A DNA stretch of 64,000 nucleotides from Actinomycetota bacterium (GCA_052390575.1 JBQTGU010000015.1:60634-124633), one strand, 5' to 3'; positions 26,055 through 36,255 are shown, counted from the stretch's first letter. Translations and numbers: made by a program. The notes: a model not told the origin generated them from the letters alone.

Positions 26055-27101
26055 ATGCCCACGGAGAAGGCAGGAGACCGAGGAGCGGCGCGACGGGTCC
26101 GACGCCTGCTCGTACTCGCCTGCACCGGCCTGATCGCCAGCCTGCTCCTCTCGGTCCCGGTGGCGGGCGCCGATCGCGACGGCGACCGCCACGGCCGGAG
26201 GGTCCACCACGGCCAATACGGCGAGCCGGATGATCAGGCACCGGCCGCGGTCCTGCCCGAAGCGTCCGGATCACCGCTGCCCGCTCCCGAGCCGCCCCCG
26301 CCCCCTCCTCCACCGCCGGCTCCTCCTCCGCCGCCCCCCAAGCCGACGGCCGTTGTCGTGGCCACTCCGCCACCCCCTCCGCCGCCTGCGCCTGCGCCCG
26401 CTCCCGCCCCCGATGTGGGCGCCGCCACGGTCCCGGACGTCGCTGCCGGAGGCGACGACGGCGTCTCCGCCCTGGACGGCGACGACGACGGAGAACACGG
26501 CGACAACGACGACGGCTGCAAGCCGAAGAAGCACAAGAAGCACAAATGGCACAGACGGAAAAAGCACAAGAAGCCCAAGGACTGTCCCCCCGACACGGGA
26601 GGCGAGACGGAGCCGCCGCCCACGACCTCGCCGCCACCGATCACGCAGCCCCCCGCGGTCGAGGAGCCGCCTCCGACCACCGCACCGGGCCCGCCGCCCG
26701 CGAGCAGTCCTCCCGCCGCCGGTGGTCCCGGCGCGGGCGGTCCCGGTAGCGGCTCGCCCGGCGGCGGCAACGGCGGTGGGGGCGGCACGGCCGGGCCCGC
26801 CGGCGCGGGCCCCGGTGGCGGCGCGGGTGACGGGGGAGGTGGCGCCGGCGACGGGACCGGCGGGGGTGACGGTACCGACCCGGCGACCCCGCCCGACGGT
26901 GAGGCGCTGCCACCGCCCCTCGGGGACGGCGAGGGTCGGTCGGGTCGCGAGCGCGTGATCGACGCCGCCCGGTCCTTTACCGCCCTGTTTGTCCTGGCGG
27001 CGCTCATCGCCGCCTTCCTCGGCGGGCAGAACCTCTTCACCCGCCGCGATCCCAAGCTGTCCGATTCCCCGGTCGACCGGAACTACCTCGACTTCGAGTG
27101 A
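26055..27101 (+). CDS. Secreted low-complexity (Pro/Gly/Asp-rich) type-I membrane protein with a conserved C-terminal TM-plus-tail module
   Basis: Track ORF 25956..27101. I prefer the ATG at 26055, with GGAGGGG upstream. It has a signal peptide (RRVRRLLVLACTGLIASLLLSVPVAGA), runs of up to 9 Pro, and CKPKKHKKHKWHRRKKHKKPKDC. The C-terminus is RSFTALFVLAALIAAFLGGQNLFTRRDPKLSDSPVDRNYLDFE. Confidence 0.7.
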   Translation: MPTEKAGDRGAARRVRRLLVLACTGLIASLLLSVPVAGADRDGDRHGRRVHHGQYGEPDDQAPAAVLPEASGSPLPAPEPPPPPPPPPAPPPPPPKPTAVVVATPPPPPPPAPAPAPAPDVGAATVPDVAAGGDDGVSALDGDDDGEHGDNDDGCKPKKHKKHKWHRRKKHKKPKDCPPDTGGETEPPPTTSPPPITQPPAVEEPPPTTAPGPPPASSPPAAGGPGAGGPGSGSPGGGNGGGGGTAGPAGAGPGGGAGDGGGGAGDGTGGGDGTDPATPPDGEALPPPLGDGEGRSGRERVIDAARSFTALFVLAALIAAFLGGQNLFTRRDPKLSDSPVDRNYLDFE

Positions 27102-27174
27102 GCCCTGTGGCGGACGGGCCGAGAAGCCTCAAGTTCCGTTCGGTACACGCCGATAGACATGGCAGGGCGCGGCT

Positions 27175-27795
27175 ATGTCAGTCGTTCGTAGGACGGACAT
27201 GCGCAGAGCGGGAGGCAGGGCGGGGCGATTCATCGCCCTCGCCGGGATCGGTGTGATCGGCGGACTTGGGTCCGTCGCGCCCGCGTCGGCCGAGCCGACG
27301 CCGGTCTGTTCCGTGGAGGCCGAACTGCCGATCACCACCTCACCCCTGGTCGATCCGGGACGGGTCCTCGGCCACCGTTGCATCGTCCGTCCCGTCGCGG
27401 TCGAGACCGAGACCGTCCCCACCACCACGCCGACTACGGCGCCGACCACGACACCGGCTCCCGTTCCGGTGGCCGTGGCGCAGGCGAGCGCGCCGGCGCC
27501 GGCCCCGGCGCCAGTCGCGCCCGGGCCCGCCCCCGAGCCCGTGACCCCGGTGCCCGCGGCGCCCGCTCCCGAAGTCGCCATCCCGGCCGACACCGCCGCC
27601 CCCAGCGCGCCCGCGCCCACCCGAGACGTCCCCGCCGCCCGGGAGGCGGTGCTCGGCGCGACCCGGTCGTTCACCCTCCTCTTCGTCCTGGCCGCGCTCG
27701 TCACCGTCTTCCTCGCCGCCACCGGCCGGCTCGAACGGCGCGACCCGAAGCTCGCCGCCGCGCCACTCGACGAGAACCACCTGGAGTTCCCGTGA
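27175..27795 (+). CDS. Paralogous secreted Pro/Thr/Ala-rich type-I membrane protein with the same C-terminal module
   Basis: Track ORF of 206 aa, with an alternative ATG at 27199. Signal peptide GRFIALAGIGVIGGLGSVAPASA. The C-terminus RSFTLLFVLAALVTVFLAATGRLERRDPKLAAAPLDENHLEFP aligns with the end of the upstream gene. Stop overlaps the DGC GTG start. Confidence 0.7.
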   Translation: MSVVRRTDMRRAGGRAGRFIALAGIGVIGGLGSVAPASAEPTPVCSVEAELPITTSPLVDPGRVLGHRCIVRPVAVETETVPTTTPTTAPTTTPAPVPVAVAQASAPAPAPAPVAPGPAPEPVTPVPAAPAPEVAIPADTAAPSAPAPTRDVPAAREAVLGATRSFTLLFVLAALVTVFLAATGRLERRDPKLAAAPLDENHLEFP

Positions 27796-29372
27796 GGCCG
27801 GCACCGGGCCGCGACGAGTTGGTGCCCCTGGCCGACCGGCTGGCGGTCCTCCAGACCGTCCGGCTGCTCGTCGCCACCGCCGTTCTCGCTGTGAGCGCGG
27901 TGATGGGCGACGTGCAGCACCGTCTCATCCCGCTCGCCACGACCTACATCGCCATCACCGCCCTCGTCGAGTTCGTGCGCCGCCGGGCCCGCCGGCGCGG
28001 GCTCGGCGCCGTCTCGGCCACCCTCCTGCTCGACGGCGTGTTCCTCGCGCTGGCAGTCGCGCTGACCGGCGGGTACGAGAGCCCGCTGCTGTTCCTGGTG
28101 TTCCTCCAGGTGATGGCGGTGACGTTGCTCGTCTCCTATCGCACCGGCCTGAAGATCGCGGTCTGGTACGTGCTCCTCCTCTTCGCCGGCCACGCCGCCG
28201 CCGCTGCCCGCATCGGCGGCATCGAGTCGCCCGGCAGCGACCGCGACGCCGCCCTCGCCGCGATCGCCTTCCTCCTGTTCGCGGTGGGCGCGGCCGCGTT
28301 CTCGTCGGTCAACGAGCGGGCCCTGCGCCGGAGCCGGGCCGACCTGCGCGGCCTGGTGGAGCTGGGCGGCGAGCTCGAGCGGGCCCGTGAGCCCGAGGAA
28401 GTCGTGCTGCTCATCGCCGCCCATACCCGCGCGCGGCTCGGCTTCGAGCGGGTGGCGGTGCTCACCCCCAAGGACGACGGCTGGTGGGGCGCGGTCGACG
28501 ACGGACGCGCCCGGGTCTTCTTCGACTGCGAGCACGCGTCCGCCAGCCAGGTCATGAACCGGATGTGGTCGGGGGAGGAGCCGGTGCTCGTCCGCACGAC
28601 CGAAGAGGCGCCGATCGTCGACGACGTGCTGCCCGACGCCATCAACTTCGTGCTCGTGCCGCTGCTGGCCGAGGGCGAGTCGCTCGGCGTCGTCGTCGCC
28701 GAGTGGGGCATCCGCCGTCACGACCGGATCCCCGCGCTCACGGTCGACACCCTCGCCCAGTCGGCCAACCACGCCGCGCTCTCGCTGCGCAACACGTGGC
28801 TGCTGACCGAGGTCGAGCGGCTTGCCACCCGCGACGGGCTCACCGGCCTCGCCAACCGGCGGCTGTTCGAGGAGAGCCTCGAGCGGGAGATCGCCCGCGC
28901 CGACCGGCGCGGCACACCCATGGCGCTCGTGGTCCTCGACGTCGACCACTTCAAGGACGTCAACGACACGCTGGGCCATCAAGCCGGCGACACCGTGCTC
29001 CGGGAGGTCGGCCGGGCGCTGATCGACAAGACCAAGGCCAGCGACCTGCCCGCCCGGTACGGCGGGGATGAGTTCGTGGTGCTGCTGCCCGACTGCTCCG
29101 GCCCCGACTGCTACGACGTCGCCGAGCGTCTGCGGGCGGCGGTGGCCGAGCGCATGACGACCGTGAAGGTGACGGTCAGCGCCGGCACCGCGGCGTTGCC
29201 CGACAACGCGCACGACGGCGAGCGACTGGTTGCGGCCGCCGACGCCGCGCTGTACGAGGCGAAGCGGGCGGGGCGCAACCGGTCGAAGCGTTCCACCCGC
29301 CGGCCGTTCGAGATTGCCGAGCCCGGGCACGAGAACAGCCCACCCGACAACCGCCCCGTCGAGGTGCAGTGA
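27792..29372 (+). CDS. Polytopic membrane GAF-GGDEF diguanylate cyclase
   Basis: 3' 527 codons of track ORF 27378..29372, with a GTGA overlap at 27792-27795. About 5-6 N-terminal TM helices, a GAF-like middle region, then RDGLTGLANRR, LDVDHFKDVNDTLGHQAGD, RYGGDEFVVLL and ALYEAKRAGRN. Confidence 0.9.
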   Translation: MRPAPGRDELVPLADRLAVLQTVRLLVATAVLAVSAVMGDVQHRLIPLATTYIAITALVEFVRRRARRRGLGAVSATLLLDGVFLALAVALTGGYESPLLFLVFLQVMAVTLLVSYRTGLKIAVWYVLLLFAGHAAAAARIGGIESPGSDRDAALAAIAFLLFAVGAAAFSSVNERALRRSRADLRGLVELGGELERAREPEEVVLLIAAHTRARLGFERVAVLTPKDDGWWGAVDDGRARVFFDCEHASASQVMNRMWSGEEPVLVRTTEEAPIVDDVLPDAINFVLVPLLAEGESLGVVVAEWGIRRHDRIPALTVDTLAQSANHAALSLRNTWLLTEVERLATRDGLTGLANRRLFEESLEREIARADRRGTPMALVVLDVDHFKDVNDTLGHQAGDTVLREVGRALIDKTKASDLPARYGGDEFVVLLPDCSGPDCYDVAERLRAAVAERMTTVKVTVSAGTAALPDNAHDGERLVAAADAALYEAKRAGRNRSKRSTRRPFEIAEPGHENSPPDNRPVEVQ

Positions 29373-29388
29373 TGAGTCGCGTCGTCGC

Positions 29389-30978
29389 TCAGGCGCGTTC
29401 GATGCGCTCGGCGGCGATGGCGCGCAACAGCGCGTAGTTCGCCTTGCCGGCGGCGGAGCGCTGGAGATCGTCGAGGAGCAGGTACCGCTTCGGCCGCTTG
29501 TAGCCGGCGGTGCGCCCCTTGCAGAAGGCGCGCAGCTCATCCTCGTCGAGCGCGTCGTCGTCGGTCGCGTCGTTGGAGGGTTGGACGAGCGCGACCACCA
29601 TCTCGCCGAAGCGCTCGTCGGGCACGCCGACCACAACGCAGTCGTGCACGCCCGGGTGCTGGCGCAGGAGCAGCTCGACCTCCTCGGGGTACACCTTCTC
29701 GCCGCCGGTGTTGATGCAGGCCGAGCCCCGCCCGAGGAGGCGGATGGTGCCGTCGGCGTCGACCGAGGCGTAGTCGCCGGGGATCGAGTAGCGCCCGCCG
29801 GCGACGGTGCGGAACGTGGCGGCGGTCTTGTCGGGGTCCTTCCAGTACCCGAGCGGGATGCGCCCGCCCACCCCGACCAGGCCGACTTCTTCCGAGCCCG
29901 GCGTCACTTCCCGGTCGGTGTGCTCGTCGAACACCTTCACCTTCTCGCTCACCGCGAACCGGGCCGGCCTGATCTCGTCCGACGCCCGCGACGCGGTGCG
30001 GGTCATCATCCCCTCGGACGCGCCCAGCGAGTCGATGAGCGTGACGTGGGGGACGTGCTTGAGCAGCCCCTGCTTGGTCTCGGGGCTCCAGGTCACGCCC
30101 GAGCTGGTGATCGCTTGCAGCCCCGATAGGTCCCAGCGCGACGGCTCGGCGTCGAGGGCGGCGAGCAGCGGCCGGGCGAAGACGTCGCCGACGATGGTCA
30201 GCACCTGGACCGCGTTGCGTTCGACCTCGCTCCAGACCCGGGCGGGATCGAGGCCGGGCCCGTCGATGAGCACGACCGTGCCGCCGCCCGCGAGCGTCGA
30301 GAGCGCGATGAACAACCCGGTGCCGTGCATGAGCGGGCACGCCGGCAGGCACGTGCCGGTGCGCTTGCCCGCCTCGGCTGCCGCGACGGGGTCGGGCGGC
30401 TCGGTCCCGGGCCGGCCCATCTGCCACAGCGCGACGTAGAGGTCGTCGGTGCGCCACATGACGCCCTTGGGCATTCCGGTCGTGCCACCGGTGTAGAGGA
30501 ACATGAGGTCGTCGCCGACCGGCGCCCGCTCCTGCCACGGGCCGTCGGGTGGCGCGGCCGCGAGGGCCTGCTCGTAGCTCTCGCCGACTTCGAGAGTCAG
30601 CGGAGGGTGGTCGAGCCCCGCGACCGCATCGGCAACCACGTCGGCGAACTCCGCTCCGTGCACGACGGCACGGGCGTCGGAGTTGTCGAGCACGTAGCGC
30701 ACCTCGGGGGCGAGGTAGCGGTAGTTGACGTTGACCGGAACGCAGCCGAGGTCGAGCGCGGCGAAAAACGTCTCGAGGTACTCGGGCCGGTTGACGAGAT
30801 CGATCGCGACCTTGTCGCCCGCCCGCAGGCCGGCTTCATGGAGATGTGACGCCAGCCGCGCCGCCCGCTCGTCGAACTCGCCGAAGGTCCGTCGGCGCTC
30901 GCCGCACACGATCGCGTCCCGCTCGGGTGCGACCCCGGCGATGCCGTGCCAGACCGCGGCGAAGTTCCAGTCCGACAC
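29389..30978 (-). CDS. Acyl-CoA synthetase / AMP-dependent ligase (FadD-like)
   Basis: Track ORF of 529 aa with a GTG start. Contains LYTGGTTGMPKGVMW, IPGDYASVDADGTIRLLGRGS and NTGGEKVYPEEVE. Confidence 0.9.
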   Translation of the reverse strand: MSDWNFAAVWHGIAGVAPERDAIVCGERRRTFGEFDERAARLASHLHEAGLRAGDKVAIDLVNRPEYLETFFAALDLGCVPVNVNYRYLAPEVRYVLDNSDARAVVHGAEFADVVADAVAGLDHPPLTLEVGESYEQALAAAPPDGPWQERAPVGDDLMFLYTGGTTGMPKGVMWRTDDLYVALWQMGRPGTEPPDPVAAAEAGKRTGTCLPACPLMHGTGLFIALSTLAGGGTVVLIDGPGLDPARVWSEVERNAVQVLTIVGDVFARPLLAALDAEPSRWDLSGLQAITSSGVTWSPETKQGLLKHVPHVTLIDSLGASEGMMTRTASRASDEIRPARFAVSEKVKVFDEHTDREVTPGSEEVGLVGVGGRIPLGYWKDPDKTAATFRTVAGGRYSIPGDYASVDADGTIRLLGRGSACINTGGEKVYPEEVELLLRQHPGVHDCVVVGVPDERFGEMVVALVQPSNDATDDDALDEDELRAFCKGRTAGYKRPKRYLLLDDLQRSAAGKANYALLRAIAAERIERA

Positions 30979-30992
30979 GGGACGCGACCGGG

Positions 30993-31805
30993 TCAGTGGG
31001 CGAGCGCGGGTGTCGGGCGCCCGGCCGGCAGCTCGGGCGGGTTGGTCGATCCCAACGGCATCGACGCGATCGCCGCGATCGTGGCCTGGGAGTTCCAGGC
31101 GGAGTAGGCGATCCCGATCACGGGCACCAGTCCGGCGCCCCAGCGGCGCAGCACCCGCCGGGCCACTCCCTTGACCATCGCCCGGGTGACGACGAAGGGC
31201 CCGGCGAACGGCTTGGAGCCGACCATGGCGGCGGCGACGTCGTAGGCGACGCGGTCGGGGTCGACCGGGAGGCCGGCATCCTCGAGTGCGTGCACCCGCA
31301 GTGAGACCGCCACGTGCACCTCGACCGCGAGGGCCAGGAACGCGAGCGCGACGACGCTGGCGAGCCCCGGCGCCGAGACGCCCCCCGAGAACAACAGCGA
31401 GATCTCCTCGGCTTCTTCGGCGGTGGCGGCGCCGGCGGCGACGGTTGCGACCACCACCCGGGCGGTGGTGGCGTCGCGCACCGGCAGCGGGTTCTCGACC
31501 AGCACCGGCGCGAGCACGCGCAGCAGGTGCTCGACCTCGGCCACGAACACGCCGACAGCGTCGCTCGGCTTGCGGACCTTCCGCAGCCGGGCGACCGACA
31601 GCGCCATCTCGGGCCCGGCGTTCTCCGCCAGGGTCCGCGCGGTCTGTCCGGTGATGTCGCGACCGCGGGTCACCACCGTGCGGGTCCGGTTCGCGGCCGC
31701 GCGCGTCGCCCCGGTGGTGAGACGCGCCGCCTCACGGCCCATGTCCCGGGCGACGGTGACTGCGTGCCGCCCGGCGGCATTGGCGCTCTCGCGTACCGGA
31801 CTCAT
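30993..31805 (-). CDS. Hypothetical protein, EcsC-like C-terminal region
   Basis: Track ORF of 270 aa. It is the longest ORF here and the competing plus-strand ORFs are Arg-rich. The C-terminal RRWGAGLVPVIGIAYSAWNSQATIAAI resembles the EcsC family (weak). Confidence 0.55.
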   Translation of the reverse strand: MSPVRESANAAGRHAVTVARDMGREAARLTTGATRAAANRTRTVVTRGRDITGQTARTLAENAGPEMALSVARLRKVRKPSDAVGVFVAEVEHLLRVLAPVLVENPLPVRDATTARVVVATVAAGAATAEEAEEISLLFSGGVSAPGLASVVALAFLALAVEVHVAVSLRVHALEDAGLPVDPDRVAYDVAAAMVGSKPFAGPFVVTRAMVKGVARRVLRRWGAGLVPVIGIAYSAWNSQATIAAIASMPLGSTNPPELPAGRPTPALAH

Positions 31806-31825
31806 GCCCCAATGTTACCGACCGT

Positions 31826-32233
31826 TCACGCCGCCGAGCCCCCGGCGTCGGGCTCGGCCGTGAAGGCGACCGAACGGATGTCGTCGCCGTCGCTCTGGAT
31901 CCAGTCGACGATCTCGACGCCGCAATGAGCGAACTCGTCGCGGGCGCGGCGGAGTACCGCCAGGACGTCCTCGCGCGGGGTCCGCACGCTGTCGCGCACC
32001 GCCGACAGCAGGACGAGCCGCCGGGTGTGCGGATGGTTCAGCACGAAGCAGTACGCCCACCCGAGCGCGGTGTCGACCGTGTGCTCGTCCGCGGTGAACA
32101 GCGTGAGGTCGAGGACGACGCCATCGTCGTCGAGCAACGCCGCGCCGTGGCCGTGCCCGAACCTGTCCTTGATGCCCATCGCCGCGCCGACGGCGTCGGC
32201 GAAGCCCTTGATGACGAGCGGCTCGTTGCCCAT
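31826..32233 (-). CDS. Hypothetical protein (possibly a degenerate RadC/JAB-like fold)
   Basis: Track ORF of 135 aa with balanced composition. VLNHPHTRRLVLLS...VEIVDWIQ loosely recalls the RadC HNHPSG...DHI layout but lacks the intact motif. Confidence 0.55.
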   Translation of the reverse strand: MGNEPLVIKGFADAVGAAMGIKDRFGHGHGAALLDDDGVVLDLTLFTADEHTVDTALGWAYCFVLNHPHTRRLVLLSAVRDSVRTPREDVLAVLRRARDEFAHCGVEIVDWIQSDGDDIRSVAFTAEPDAGGSAA

Positions 32234-32370
32234 GGTTCCTCCGATCGCTACCCGTCGTTAGAAAGGCGAACGCGGGACCGGGGGAAGTGGCACCGTCACC
32301 GTACCGGCGGGGTGTGACAGCCAAACCGCCCCAAGGTGTGACACCCTCGTCAAGGTGGGATGATCTCGTC

Positions 32371-33365
<995 letters not shown>

Positions 33366-33366
<1 letters not shown>

Positions 33367-34229
33367 TGGCCACGACCGAGCGCGCCGCCCCGGCCATTTC
33401 CGAGCCGGCAGCCGAGACGACGCGGCCGCGACGCGAGAACCGCGTCACCCGCAACCTCGGGACCATCGGCATGGTCTGGCAGCGGGAGATGATCCGGTTC
33501 ATCCGCATGCCGTCGCGGATCGTCTCCGGGCTCGCGCAGCCGGTCCTCTTCCTGTTCGTGCTGGGCGCGGGCATCAAGCCGCTCGTCGAAGGCCGCGCCG
33601 CCGGGGGAGTCGACTACCAGGAGTTCATCTTCCCCGGCGTGATCGCGATGTCGGTGCTCTTCTCCAGCTTGTTCTCCGCCATCTCGATCGTGTGGGACCG
33701 CGAGTTCGGGTTCCTGCGCGAGATGCTCGTCGCGCCAGTCTCGAGGACGGGCCTCGTGCTCGGCAAGGCGGTCGGCAGCGGCACCGTCGCCGTCATGCAG
33801 GGCCTCGTCCTGCTCGTCGCCGCCCCCATCGTCGGTGTGAGCCTGGACGCGGTCGAGTTCGTCGAGATGTTCGGGCTCCTGCTCCTGCTCGCGTTCGCGC
33901 TCAACGCCTTCGGCATCGTCATCGCCAGCCGCATGCAGCGGATGGAGTCGTTCCAGATGGTGATGAGCCTGATCATCAACCCGATGCTGTTCCTGTCGGG
34001 CGCGATCTTCCCGACCGAGGGCCTGCCCACCTGGCTGGCGGTCGCGACCCGCCTCAACCCCGCCACCTACGGCGTCGACCCCATCCGGCGCGTGATCCTC
34101 CACGACGATGCCGCGCCGCTCACCTACGGCGACTGGGTCGTGCCGATCTGGCTCGAGGTGCTCATCGTGTTCGCGCTGGGCACGGTGATGCTGGCGATCG
34201 CGGTCCGGAGCTTCAGCAAGACGGAATAG
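33366..34229 (+). CDS. ABC-2 type transporter permease
   Basis: Track ORF of 287 aa. The start overlaps the ATPase stop (TGATG). Six hydrophobic segments and a typical ABC-2 membrane layout. Confidence 0.85.
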
Positions 34230-34395
34230 CCGGCGCCCGATGCACCCGATCTGGGTGGATTTCCTCTAGTCTCAGGGCGCTCGCCCGGCCAACTCCCCCC
34301 TCATTTGTGGCCCTCGGGGCTAATGTGACTAGTGGGGTCGGTGAGCGCGAGGATTTGCTCCCCCTCACTCGGCCCCGTCAGGGGGCCAGGACGAA

Positions 34396-36252
34396 ATGAC
34401 CACTGCAAAACAGGCCCCCGCCGCCACGCGCCTTCGCTACGTCCCCGCCCTCGACGGGCTGCGGGCGGTCGCGGTCGGCGCCGTCCTCCTGTACCACTCG
34501 GACCTGACCGGGTTCCGGGGCGGCTTCCTCGGCGTCGACGTCTTCTTCGTCCTGAGCGGCTACCTCATCACCAGCATCCTGCTGACCGGCCGGCGCAAGA
34601 GCGGCTCGCTCGGGTTGAAGCAGTTCTGGCTCGCCCGGGCCCGGCGCCTGCTCCCGGCGCTGTTCCTCATGCTGGGGGTGACCTGCGCGTACACCGCGAT
34701 CTTCCTGCCCCACGAGGCGGCCAAGCTGCGCGACGACGCGCTGGCGGCGCTCGGGTACGTGACCAACTGGCACCTGGTCTTCGGCGGCCAGTCGTACTTC
34801 GAGGCGACCGGGCGCCCATCGATGGTGCAGCACCTTTGGTCGCTCGCGGTCGAGGAGCAGTTCTACCTGCTGTGGCCGCTGCTGCTCGGCGGCGGGCTCC
34901 TGATCTTCCGCCGCCACCTCGGGCGCCTGGCCGCGGCGGTGATGATCGCCGCGGGCGCGTCCACGGTGCTCATGGCGACGCTGTACGACCCCGCGGCCGA
35001 TCCGTCACGCGTGTACTACGGCACCGACACCCACGCGATGGGCCTGCTCGTCGGGGCCGCGCTCGCGCTGGTGTGGCCCGCCTGGCGCCTCAGCTGGAAG
35101 GCGGGCGTCGGCGCGCGGCCGCTGCTCGACCTGACCGGAGTGGTCGCCCTGGTCGGGCTGGTGTGGTGCTTCGACAACGTCAGCGAGTTCGATCCCGGGC
35201 TCTACCGCGGCGGCTACCTGCTGTTCGCGCTCCTGGCCGCGCTCGTCGTCGCGATCGCGGTGCACCCTGCGGCCTCGGTGTTCGGTGCGTTGCTGGGCGC
35301 GCGCCCATTGCGCTGGATCGGCATGCGCTCCTACGGGATCTACCTCTGGCACTGGCCGGTGTACCTGGTGACCCGACCCGGCATCGACATCCCGCTCACC
35401 GGGGGCGCGCTCACCACGCTGCGGGTCGCGATCACCGTCACGCTGGCGTCGTTGTCGTACCGCTTCGTCGAGATGCCGGTGCGCGACGGCGCGGTCGGAC
35501 GCGCCATCGCCGCGCTGCGAGCCCGGCGCGAGGTGCACCGTCGCCGGGCGCGGGTGCGACTGGCGCTGGTCGGGACCGGGGTGACCGCCGGCGCCGCCCT
35601 GCTGGTGGTCGGGATGGCGGCGGCGACGCCCGCGCCCCGCCCGCCCGGTCTGGAGGCCGACGCGGTGCGCATCGACGTGACCACCACGGTTCCGGGCGCG
35701 ACGGAGACCACCGTGGCCGCTGCCACCGAGACGACCGCGCCACCGGCGACGGCGGCCCCGACGACGGCGGCCCCGACGACGCTGCCGCCCGCCACCAGGA
35801 TCACCGCCATCGGCGACTCGGTGATGCTGGGCTCGCAGGGCGCGCTCAGCGCCACCTTCGGACCGCTGCTCCAACTCGACGCCGCCGTGAGCCGCCAGGC
35901 CGAGGACGCGGTCAAGGTCGCCGGGCTCCTGGCCGCCGCCGGCCAGCTGGGCGACCGGGTGGTCGTGCACCTCGGGACCAACGGCGTCATCCGGCCCGAG
36001 CAGTTCGACGAGCTGATGCGAATCCTGGCGCCGGTGCCCCGCGTCATCATCGTCAACACCGCCGTGCCCCGTCCGTGGGAGGCGCCGGTGAACGCGCTCC
36101 TGGCCACGAGCGTGCCGAGCTACCCCAACGCGGTCCTGCTCGACTGGAAGACGGTGGCGGCCCAACACCCCGAGTTCTTCATCGAGGACGGCGTCCACCT
36201 CAAGCCCGAGGGCGCGTCCGTCTACGCCGCCCTGATCGCCCAGCAGATGTAA
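34396..36252 (+). CDS. Acyltransferase-3 family membrane protein with a C-terminal SGNH domain (OafA-like)
   Basis: Track ORF of 618 aa. Contains LDGLRAVAVGAVLLYH, GVDVFFVLSGYLIT and HLWSLAVEEQFYLLWP. C-terminal ITAIGDSVMLG...HLGTNG. Confidence 0.9.
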   Translation: MTTAKQAPAATRLRYVPALDGLRAVAVGAVLLYHSDLTGFRGGFLGVDVFFVLSGYLITSILLTGRRKSGSLGLKQFWLARARRLLPALFLMLGVTCAYTAIFLPHEAAKLRDDALAALGYVTNWHLVFGGQSYFEATGRPSMVQHLWSLAVEEQFYLLWPLLLGGGLLIFRRHLGRLAAAVMIAAGASTVLMATLYDPAADPSRVYYGTDTHAMGLLVGAALALVWPAWRLSWKAGVGARPLLDLTGVVALVGLVWCFDNVSEFDPGLYRGGYLLFALLAALVVAIAVHPAASVFGALLGARPLRWIGMRSYGIYLWHWPVYLVTRPGIDIPLTGGALTTLRVAITVTLASLSYRFVEMPVRDGAVGRAIAALRARREVHRRRARVRLALVGTGVTAGAALLVVGMAAATPAPRPPGLEADAVRIDVTTTVPGATETTVAAATETTAPPATAAPTTAAPTTLPPATRITAIGDSVMLGSQGALSATFGPLLQLDAAVSRQAEDAVKVAGLLAAAGQLGDRVVVHLGTNGVIRPEQFDELMRILAPVPRVIIVNTAVPRPWEAPVNALLATSVPSYPNAVLLDWKTVAAQHPEFFIEDGVHLKPEGASVYAALIAQQM

Positions 36253-36255
36253 GCG

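Noticed and set aside
26234-27055. 273-aa minus-strand Gly/Pro-rich ORF that could be read as a glycine-rich protein.
   Set aside because: It is a mirror image of the plus-strand Pro/Gly-rich gene. It has no signal peptide, SD or conserved module, whereas the plus-strand frame has a signal peptide and the C-terminal module shared with the paralog.
27129-29636. 835-aa minus-strand ORF.
   Set aside because: It is antisense to the second Pro-rich gene and the GGDEF cyclase, and has biased composition. The plus strand has the GGDEF and TM signatures.
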